Source: a virus
Virus record (IMG/VR): IMGVR_UViG_3300025818_000017
Strand: one strand, 5' to 3'
DNA: 64,000 bases
The position numbers and the translations under genes are program-made. Shown one piece after another: positions 56,603 to 64,000 of the stretch (positions are counted from its first letter, which is position 1; each line of letters starts with the position of its first letter). The notes under the pieces were generated by a model. The model searched no databases, was not told the origin of the DNA, and was given only the letters and a program-made list of their open reading frames with translations.

Positions 56603-57230
56603 TTGGCGTGAGAAATGGCTGCATAACGGTCATTTGATTGGTCGTGATTTTATGTACAGCCCTGATGGTAAGTTTGTACACGTACTCATCCCCAAAAATG
56701 CATCAGGTTTCGTGCGCGGCTGTTTTATAAACGCTGGATGGAATGAATCGATGGCAAATAATAAGCACATATACAAAGAACACGCTATTATTGTATATCG
56801 TGATCCATTTGATAGATGGTTTAGCGGTATGGCACAATATTTGTACAATCTATATGGAAAACAGCCAAAGTTATTAGATGATGAAAATTTAGTGAAACAT
56901 CTGTTTGCTGTGCCCGTGGTAGATGATCACACTGAAAAACAGATATATTATATCCAAAACATTGATTTGAATAACGCAACTTTTATATTACTAGGTAAAA
57001 ATATCAACAGTACTCTGGCGAACTGGTTCTCTAGTAATGGGTACAATGGTAAGATAGGCGAAAACGATAGAGGGCACGACAGTGCCGAAATACCTGTGAA
57101 ACTTTCGTATAAACAAAGGTTGCACAATCTGATGAAAGATGATATGCTGCAAACTCTATTTTATAAAGCATATGAAGACGAACTAAACTTTTACAAGTAT
57201 TTACAAGGTAATAATCTTTTCTACAAATGA
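56574..57230 (+). CDS. Sulfotransferase family 2-like protein (start uncertain)
   Basis: VLIPKNASG, YRDPFDRWFSG, DDHT..Q, Y..D. Confidence 0.55.
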   Translation: MNISQRLLLDWREKWLHNGHLIGRDFMYSPDGKFVHVLIPKNASGFVRGCFINAGWNESMANNKHIYKEHAIIVYRDPFDRWFSGMAQYLYNLYGKQPKLLDDENLVKHLFAVPVVDDHTEKQIYYIQNIDLNNATFILLGKNINSTLANWFSSNGYNGKIGENDRGHDSAEIPVKLSYKQRLHNLMKDDMLQTLFYKAYEDELNFYKYLQGNNLFYK

Positions 57231-57262
57231 TAAATACTAATAATACTTGAGGGAGAACTCCA

Positions 57263-58819
57263 ATCGCTATAACTCAGATCAGCCGCATAACCCACCGCAA
57301 AGGTACTCAAGAAAACCTACCGCAGCTTGCCGTTGGTGAGTTTGGTTGGTCCGTTGACCAAAGAAGACTATTCATTGGTAATGGTGGTAGTGATGCGCCA
57401 TCTATTGAAAACGTGGAAATCCTAACCGAAAACTCAAGTATTGGTGAAACTACTAACTACACTTATGCTGATAATGATATTGGATATACTGCTGTTACTG
57501 GTGTTAGTTCCAGTTCCCCAACAGTTCGTACCCTACAAGCAAAGATTGACGATTATGTGAGTGTCCGTGATTACGGCGCGAAAGGCGACAGTGCTACTGA
57601 TGACACAGCCGCTATTAATCGTGCGCTAACTGATCTATTCGTAACACAAACATTCCAAGCCACACGCAGAGCATTATTATTCCCCGCTGGAACATATATC
57701 GTTTCGTCAAGTGCTATCAAAATCCCCGCCCATGCTACAATCGTAGGTGAAGGCACAAAGGGTAGCATTATCAAACGCAGTGAAACATCTGTTACAAATG
57801 TGGCGCAAACCGCCGATAGCAAGAACCAGATTGGTGCTAACATTGCTACATCCGGTGGTATCGTTCCATCTAATATTTCCGTAATCAATATGGTATTCCA
57901 AGCTGGCGCAGAGATTGACGCATTCTTGGTTGACCAAGCAGACAATATGTATTTTGAAAACTGCACATTCCTTGGTAACAAAACATCCCTTCCAACTGGT
58001 ATTGGTTCTGGTAAGGCTTGTGTTGTTGTTGAAAGTGTTGGTGCGAAATATTCCACAAACATCAAGTTCAACAACTGTATCTTCCAAGACCACACTTATG
58101 GTGTGAAGATTGATGATGAAGTTCGTTCAGTTGTATTTGATAACTGCCGCTTTGAGAACCTATGGAAAGGTGCTGTTATCGGTCAAGATGATAGTTCAAC
58201 ATCCCCAACTGGTGTGAAGATTATTGGTAGCCTATTTGATAACATTTATGACCGTGGTATTCACGTGTATGATGGCACATTCTCATCAGCGTTCAACCAT
58301 TTCCAAGATGTCGGTAATGCTGGTTCTGGTAGTGGGTCACCTAATGTACCTGTTATTGAATATGTAGTAGGTGGTTGCTACAGCATTGGCGATACATTCA
58401 ACCGTCCAGATGCTGACGATGCTACCCAGCCACGAGTTGAGGTTGGTTCAACTGCATCATTCGGTATGGATAGTGAGCGTGTAAAGCACGGTCAGTATTC
58501 CCGCACAAGAGGAACACGAGTAACCCTAACCGACACGGCATCTGCTGTTGCTACAACTGGACTAACATTCAGCGACACAGACGAAACTTATGTAGAGATT
58601 GAGTATAGTTTGGTAAATGGCACAACAGTTCGTAATGGTGTTATTAGCATTACGCACGATAGTGGTAACCAAGTGATGAGCGAAGAATACGATGAAAACA
58701 ACGGTCATGTTGGCGTTCATTTCAGTATTGCTAACTCTGCTGGCGTAACCACATTATATTATTACACCGACACAGGCGTTGCTCCTACTTTTACATACAC
58801 CATCCGTACACTAGTCTAA
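57263..58819 (+). CDS. Tailspike/tail-fibre-like protein with pectate-lyase-3-type beta-helix; probable ATC start
   Basis: Frame open from ATC 57263 (AITQISRITHRKG..LPQLAVGEFGW.VDQRRLFIGNG); VSVRDYGAKGD..DDTAAINRA..LLFPAGTY; TAAATA 57231 and SD GAGGGAG upstream. Confidence 0.75.
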   Translation: MAITQISRITHRKGTQENLPQLAVGEFGWSVDQRRLFIGNGGSDAPSIENVEILTENSSIGETTNYTYADNDIGYTAVTGVSSSSPTVRTLQAKIDDYVSVRDYGAKGDSATDDTAAINRALTDLFVTQTFQATRRALLFPAGTYIVSSSAIKIPAHATIVGEGTKGSIIKRSETSVTNVAQTADSKNQIGANIATSGGIVPSNISVINMVFQAGAEIDAFLVDQADNMYFENCTFLGNKTSLPTGIGSGKACVVVESVGAKYSTNIKFNNCIFQDHTYGVKIDDEVRSVVFDNCRFENLWKGAVIGQDDSSTSPTGVKIIGSLFDNIYDRGIHVYDGTFSSAFNHFQDVGNAGSGSGSPNVPVIEYVVGGCYSIGDTFNRPDADDATQPRVEVGSTASFGMDSERVKHGQYSRTRGTRVTLTDTASAVATTGLTFSDTDETYVEIEYSLVNGTTVRNGVISITHDSGNQVMSEEYDENNGHVGVHFSIANSAGVTTLYYYTDTGVAPTFTYTIRTLV

Positions 58820-58826
58820 ATAATGT

Positions 58827-59249
58827 ATGTTCAACCTATCCGCAGAAGATAGAATAATCTATTGGCGACGATTCCGTATTGACTTACCTAAACAAAATAC
58901 GTTACAATGTTTAGAGAGTGTTGCTCAACTATGGGCGACTGCTCCTATGAGTGGTCAGTTTTTAGCACCTGATTTACCTGAGACTTGGCCCACAGCCTGG
59001 GAACTTCTTAGTGATAACTACTATGATGATGTGGGTCTTGCTTTGGGTATGTATTACACGCTATATTACAGTGAAATATTTTCACCAGATGATATTATAT
59101 ATACAGTTTATAAACAAAACACGGAGATAATTAATACTGTGAATATTCATACGTATGTTCTCAACTTTAATCACGGAGCGGTGGTAGATAGAAAACATAT
59201 TGAACTTTCACCTATTTTTCAGTATAATAGTGAAGACATAAAAACTTAG
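58827..59249 (+). CDS. Hypothetical protein
   Basis: TAAATA 4 nt before the ATG. Confidence 0.7.
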   Translation: MFNLSAEDRIIYWRRFRIDLPKQNTLQCLESVAQLWATAPMSGQFLAPDLPETWPTAWELLSDNYYDDVGLALGMYYTLYYSEIFSPDDIIYTVYKQNTEIINTVNIHTYVLNFNHGAVVDRKHIELSPIFQYNSEDIKT

Positions 59250-59259
59250 AGGATCAATA

Positions 59260-61563
59260 ATGACAGAAATAACTGTTGTCAAACGGGATGGCAATAAAGA
59301 ACCATTAGATATCGAGAAATTACATAAAGTCGTATTTTATGCCTGTGAAGGTATCACAGGTGTATCAGCATCAGAAGTAGAGATTCGTTCCCAGATTCAG
59401 TTCTACAGTGGTATCAAGTCAACCGATATTCAAGAGACATTAATTAAATCCGCCGCTGACCTGATTACAGAAGACACCCCAAACTATCAGTATGTGGGCG
59501 GAAGACTAATCAACTATCATCTACGCAAACAAGTCTACGGACAGTTTGAACCATGGCATCTAAAGGAACTAGTGAAGAAGAATGTAGAACAAGGTTTTTA
59601 TGACCCATCTCTTCTAGAAGATTACGATGATGAGGAATATAGCCTACTAAACAGCTACATTCGTCATGACCGTGATAATAACCTTACCTATGCTGCTATG
59701 GAACAGTTTAGAGGTAAGTATCTTGTCCAAAACCGTGTAACCAAAGAAATCTTTGAGACACCACAGGTATGTTACATGCTGGTGGCTATGAGTCTATTCA
59801 GTCATTATGATAAGAAAGACCGTCTTCGTTGGGTCCGTGATTACTACGATGCTATCTCCAACTTTGATATATCTCTACCGACACCTATTATGGCTGGCGT
59901 AAGAACTCCCCAGCGTCAGTTCTCATCTTGTGTTTTGATTGAGACAGATGACTCATTGGATTCTATGAATGCATCTTCATCTGCTATCGTCAAGTATGTC
60001 TCACAAAAAGCTGGGATTGGTATTGGTGCTGGCGCAATCCGTGCTATTGGTTCCCCCATCCGTAACGGTGATGCATACCACACTGGTGTTATTCCGTTCT
60101 TCAAACACTTCCAAACGGCAGTAAAATCATGCTCACAAGGCGGTGTGCGTGGTGGTGCTGCTACGCTCCATTATCCTATCTGGCATTATGAAGTAGAAGA
60201 CCTTCTCGTTCTCAAAAACAACAAAGGCACAGACGATAACCGTGTTCGCCATATTGATTACTCAGTCCAGTTCAACAAACTTTTCTATGAGCGTCTAATC
60301 AAAGGCGAAGATATTACTCTATTCTCACCAAGTGATGTACCTGGTCTTTACGAGTCTTTCTTCAATGACTACGATAAGTTCAAGGAACTATACGAGACAG
60401 CAGAGCGTAATACCAGACTACGGAAGAAGACAGTAAAAGCACAAGAACTGTTCTCATCGTTTATGGAAGAGCGCAAGAACACTGGGCGTATCTACTTGAT
60501 GAACGTGGATAATGTAAACGACCATTCACCGTACAAACCTGATGTTGCGCCAGTTCGTATGAGTAACCTCTGCCAAGAGATTGCTCTGCCAACTAAACCA
60601 TTGGAGCATATCTTTGACGAAGAAGGGCGTATTGCTCTTTGTACACTTAGTGCTATCAACTGGGGTAATGTAAGTGACCCGGATCAGTTCAAAAAGCCAT
60701 GTGAGCTTGCTGTTCGTGGCTTGGATGCGCTATTGGATTACCAGAAGTATCCAGTGGTTGCTGCTCAACTACATTCAAGTGATTATCGTCCTCTTGGTAT
60801 TGGTATTATCAACTTGGCATATTTCCTCGCCAAGAATGGCTCAACATACAGCGAACCAGACCTAGAGTTGGTTGATGAATATGCGGAAGCTTGGTCATAT
60901 TACTTGATCAAAGCATCAGCAGACTTAGCCAAAGAGAAAGGTGCGTGTGACCGTCTTGACCACACACGTTATGGTGATGGTATTCTTCCTATTGATACCT
61001 ACAAGAAAGACATTGATGAACTCGTAAAGCACAAAGAGCGCATGCCTTGGAAAGAGTTGCGTAAGCAGTTGAAAGAAACAGGCATCCGTAACTCCACATT
61101 GATGGCTCTAATGCCAGCAGAAACATCAGCACAGATTAGTAACAGTACAAATGGCATTGAGCCACCACGCTCGTATGTATCTGTCAAGCAGTCCAAAGAT
61201 GGTGTCTTGAAGCAAGTTGTTCCTGGTTATCCACGATTGAAGAACAAGTATGAACTACTATGGGATCAAAAGTCGCCAGAGGGTTATTTGAAGATTATGG
61301 CTGTATTACAGAAATATATTGACCAGACTATTTCCACAAACACAAGCTATAATCCAGCCCATTATGATGACGAGAAGATTCCAATGAGTGAGTTGTTGAA
61401 GCACCTGTTGATGTGGTATAAGTGGGGCGGAAAGACCCTGTATTATTTCAACACAATGGATGGACAGGGTGAGATTGAAGTGAAAGAGCCAGAGAAGACA
61501 GACTTTGATGATGAGAATAACGCACAGTTTGATGACGCAGACTGTGATGCATGCGTGATCTAG
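59260..61563 (+). CDS. nrdA: Class Ia ribonucleotide reductase alpha subunit with ATP cone
   Basis: VVKRDG ATP cone, PTPIMAG, SSCVL, SCSQGGVRGGA, SNLCQEI, CTLSA, MPAETS, KTLYY. Confidence 0.98.
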   Translation: MTEITVVKRDGNKEPLDIEKLHKVVFYACEGITGVSASEVEIRSQIQFYSGIKSTDIQETLIKSAADLITEDTPNYQYVGGRLINYHLRKQVYGQFEPWHLKELVKKNVEQGFYDPSLLEDYDDEEYSLLNSYIRHDRDNNLTYAAMEQFRGKYLVQNRVTKEIFETPQVCYMLVAMSLFSHYDKKDRLRWVRDYYDAISNFDISLPTPIMAGVRTPQRQFSSCVLIETDDSLDSMNASSSAIVKYVSQKAGIGIGAGAIRAIGSPIRNGDAYHTGVIPFFKHFQTAVKSCSQGGVRGGAATLHYPIWHYEVEDLLVLKNNKGTDDNRVRHIDYSVQFNKLFYERLIKGEDITLFSPSDVPGLYESFFNDYDKFKELYETAERNTRLRKKTVKAQELFSSFMEERKNTGRIYLMNVDNVNDHSPYKPDVAPVRMSNLCQEIALPTKPLEHIFDEEGRIALCTLSAINWGNVSDPDQFKKPCELAVRGLDALLDYQKYPVVAAQLHSSDYRPLGIGIINLAYFLAKNGSTYSEPDLELVDEYAEAWSYYLIKASADLAKEKGACDRLDHTRYGDGILPIDTYKKDIDELVKHKERMPWKELRKQLKETGIRNSTLMALMPAETSAQISNSTNGIEPPRSYVSVKQSKDGVLKQVVPGYPRLKNKYELLWDQKSPEGYLKIMAVLQKYIDQTISTNTSYNPAHYDDEKIPMSELLKHLLMWYKWGGKTLYYFNTMDGQGEIEVKEPEKTDFDDENNAQFDDADCDACVI

Positions 61564-61571
61564 AGGAAGAT

Positions 61572-62660
61572 ATGACAGTATTCAATAAGAAACAGAAAGA
61601 CCATACGAAGTCCAAGATTTTCTTGGATGAGCCAATGGGTATGCAACGCTACGAGAGTGTGAAGTATCCCGCCTTTGAAAAACTGACAGAGAAGCAGATT
61701 GGTTTCTTCTGGACGCCACAAGAGGTTGATATTACACGTGACGCCAAAGACTTCAAAGAGCTTAGTGAGTATGAACAGCACATCTTCACATCCAACTTGA
61801 AGCGTCAAATCATTTTGGATAGTGTACAAGGTCGTTCACCTAACTTGGCGTTCTTGCCTATTGTATCATTGCCTGAACTGGAAGCGTTCATTGAAACTTG
61901 GTCGTTCAACGAAACAATCCATAGTCGTTCTTACACATACATTATTCGTAACGTATATCCAAACCCAAGCAAGGTATTTGACGCTATCCACGACAACCAA
62001 GAAGTAATGGCTTGTGCCGATGCTATCAGTAAGTATTACGATGATTTGATTCAATATAATAGACAGCATCCTTATGGTGGTAAAAACCAGCAATATGAAC
62101 ACAAGAAAAAGATTTGGCTTGCTATCAATGCTGTGAACGCATTGGAAGGTGTTCGTTTCTACGTATCGTTTGCTTGTGCTTGGGCGTTTGCTGAACTTAA
62201 AAAGATGGAAGGCAATGCCAAAATCATCAAGCTAATCTGCCGCGATGAAAATGTTCACCTTGGCGCAACGCAACAACTAATCAAACTACTACCAGAAGAT
62301 GATAAAGACTTCAAAAAGATTGCAGAAGAAACACAAGAAGAATGCCTAAAAATCTTTACTGATGTTGTTGAGCAAGAAAAAGCTTGGGCGCACTATCTAT
62401 TCAAAGACGGTAGTATGATCGGTCTAAACGAAAAACTATTGGTAAACTATGTTGAGTGGATTGCAAACAAACGCTTACAAGCAATCAAGTTGCCATCCCC
62501 GTATAAAGTTCCACAAGCTAACCCACTCCCATGGACACAGAAATGGATTGCTGGCGCAGAAGTCCAAGTCGCGCCACAAGAAACGGAAATAATTTCATAT
62601 ATTTCTGGTGGAACTATTCAGGACTTAGATGAAAACACTTTTAAAGACATTGAACTATGA
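61572..62660 (+). CDS. nrdB: Class Ia ribonucleotide reductase beta subunit
   Basis: FFWTPQEV, DSVQGR, ETIHSRSY, LEG.RFYVSFA, RDENVH, APQETEI.SY; start MTVF at 61572. Confidence 0.98.
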   Translation: MTVFNKKQKDHTKSKIFLDEPMGMQRYESVKYPAFEKLTEKQIGFFWTPQEVDITRDAKDFKELSEYEQHIFTSNLKRQIILDSVQGRSPNLAFLPIVSLPELEAFIETWSFNETIHSRSYTYIIRNVYPNPSKVFDAIHDNQEVMACADAISKYYDDLIQYNRQHPYGGKNQQYEHKKKIWLAINAVNALEGVRFYVSFACAWAFAELKKMEGNAKIIKLICRDENVHLGATQQLIKLLPEDDKDFKKIAEETQEECLKIFTDVVEQEKAWAHYLFKDGSMIGLNEKLLVNYVEWIANKRLQAIKLPSPYKVPQANPLPWTQKWIAGAEVQVAPQETEIISYISGGTIQDLDENTFKDIEL

Positions 62661-62896
62661 TTAAAGTATATACAAAAACAACATGCCCACACTGTGTAGA
62701 GACTAAGCATAAGCTTCAAGCGATGGGCATTGATTATGAAGAAGTGAATATTGAGAACTTACCCGAAGAACGGGAGTTCTTGATTAGTGAAGGTCATAAG
62801 TCTGTCCCGCAGATTTACATTAACGGCAAGGTAGTTCCTGGCGGCAACCAGACATTTCAAACTATGACGGAACGCCAAATCAAAGAGTGGAAATAA
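62657..62896 (+). CDS. grx: Glutaredoxin
   Basis: CPHC, SVPQIYI.G..GG. Confidence 0.92.
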   Translation: MIKVYTKTTCPHCVETKHKLQAMGIDYEEVNIENLPEEREFLISEGHKSVPQIYINGKVVPGGNQTFQTMTERQIKEWK

Positions 62897-62903
62897 ATAA
62901 TGG

Positions 62904-63134
62904 ATGAAGTTTATGACGTTGTTGTTTCTGTTGAGCGGGTGTATACCCGCTCCACTTTCATATATGAGTTATGGGAAAACAGGACTTGATGCCATTAGTA
63001 TTATGAATGGGAACAAGACTACAACGGATGCGTTCATATCTGGAATAACCGACAAGGACTGCAATACACACCATTTATTGGATGGTGAAGATTATTGTGA
63101 AGATTTATATCTAGAAAGCATAGGAGAAGAATAA
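62904..63134 (+). CDS. Small probable lipoprotein
   Basis: MKFMTLLFLLSG-C lipobox-like signal. Confidence 0.5.
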   Translation: MKFMTLLFLLSGCIPAPLSYMSYGKTGLDAISIMNGNKTTTDAFISGITDKDCNTHHLLDGEDYCEDLYLESIGEE

Positions 63135-63135
63135 A

Positions 63136-63471
63136 GTGTTAGTTCAAAAATATAAAGAAGGCGATATTCTTGTCTTCAAAATGCCAACAGGCGAAGAGAT
63201 TATTGCTAAACTAAAAGAAGAAAATATGGTGTCGTATGTCGTTACTAAACCGGCGACACTTATGGTTGGTGATGCTGGTAATGGGCAGATTGGTGTAGAT
63301 ATGCAACCAAGCCTATTCTGTATGGACATAAATAATACTGTAGAGATTATGAAATCAGGTGTCCTTATGGTAACAAAAGTTCGTAAAGAACTACAAGACG
63401 CATATATCAAAAGTACATCTGGTATCCAAGTAGCAGGAGCAGGTGCATTAGATGGCCTCAAAAGCAGTTAG
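63136..63471 (+). CDS. Hypothetical protein
   Basis: SD AGGAG, GTG start. Confidence 0.7.
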   Translation: MLVQKYKEGDILVFKMPTGEEIIAKLKEENMVSYVVTKPATLMVGDAGNGQIGVDMQPSLFCMDINNTVEIMKSGVLMVTKVRKELQDAYIKSTSGIQVAGAGALDGLKSS

Positions 63472-63739
63472 AAGAGGTGATGTAAATTCAGCAGGTGGAG
63501 CAACTACCACTGGTTCTAAGAAAGTCACTGTGAATGGAAGACCATTATGCTATCCGGGAATTCGGGTAACACCGCATCCTTGTTGTGGTAGGCCTGGATG
63601 TGGTATTCACTGTTCGGCATCAACATCGGGCGGCAGTAAGAAGGTTACTGTTGAGGGAAAGCCTGTTATTCGGGTTGTCGATGTTGATACTTGTGGGCAT
63701 CCTCGTGCTACTGGTAGTCATAACGTGATTATAGCGTAG
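63452..63739 (+). CDS. PAAR-domain spike-tip protein (gp5.4-like)
   Basis: AVRRGD, GSKKVTVNG.P, PHPCC..H, SKKV.VEGKP..R..D...CGH..GS..V. Confidence 0.9.
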   Translation: MASKAVRRGDVNSAGGATTTGSKKVTVNGRPLCYPGIRVTPHPCCGRPGCGIHCSASTSGGSKKVTVEGKPVIRVVDVDTCGHPRATGSHNVIIA

Positions 63740-63748
63740 GAGTAGAAG

Positions 63749-64000
63749 ATGGCGTGTCCTGGTGTAGGAATGACTGCTGCTGGTTTTGGTTTTGCCGCTG
63801 GTGCTATGAGCGGTGGTGGTGGTATGTTTAGTAAAATGACATCGATTGCTACTAATGCCGGCGGTTCCCTAAGTCCAACAGCAGCATTGGGGGGTATTGC
63901 TAAAGCAGCAGCATCTGTCGGTGATCATGTTGGTGATCCTTTGCAATATATTCCGGCAAGCGCCGCAGCCGCTGTTGCTGCTATTCCTGGTGCTAACGCT
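63749..64000 (+). CDS. Gly/Ala-rich protein, 3'-truncated (probable baseplate/tail gene)
   Basis: SD AGGAG; frame open to the window end (MACPGVGMTAAG...). Confidence 0.6.
   Translation, partial: MACPGVGMTAAGFGFAAGAMSGGGGMFSKMTSIATNAGGSLSPTAALGGIAKAAASVGDHVGDPLQYIPASAAAAVAAIPGANA

Noticed and set aside
3607-62660. Introns, inteins or homing endonucleases in terL, helicases and nrdAB
   Set aside because: ORFs are uninterrupted and of normal length; no LAGLIDADG, GIY-YIG, HNH or intein motifs were seen.
1-64000. Stop-codon recoding, tRNAs, CRISPR array, rRNA
   Set aside because: Core genes are intact under code 11; no cloverleaf, regularly spaced repeat-spacer array or rRNA-like sequence was recognised by eye. 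tRNAscan-SE and Infernal were not run.

Overview
64 kb of a large, AT-rich T4-related (jumbo-type) myophage genome; no tRNA, rRNA, CRISPR array, intron or intein was found. Core genes: terminase large subunit, gp32-like SSB, UvsX, UvsY, UvsW, primase, gp41-like helicase, clamp-loader small subunit, a minimal DnaE-like protein, a PD-(D/E)XK exonuclease, nrdA/nrdB/glutaredoxin, a beta-helix tailspike-like protein, PAAR, and a block of probable head/virion genes. A usg gene, the KdsA sequence and the promoter style suggest an alphaproteobacterial host (inference). The main accessory feature is a ~21 kb glycan synthesis/decoration island (~13.3-34.3 kb, with satellites elsewhere). It holds KdsA, eight paralogues resembling KpsS/KpsC beta-Kdo transferases, a GT29-like gene, three GT-A enzymes, a pyruvyltransferase, sulfotransferases, several methyltransferases and SGNH proteins, largely under TAAATA late-type promoters. 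Other observations: about 26 genes have a start codon at the predicted transcription start (leaderless); the tailspike-like gene seems to start at ATC; an RpoD region-4 domain and an ADP-ribosyltransferase carry putative capsid-targeting leaders; a 109-bp duplication copies that leader; an ATE/Bpt-like aminoacyl transferase is present; and a possible pseudoknot precedes gene 32. All protein assignments come from recognising motifs by eye, not from database searches.
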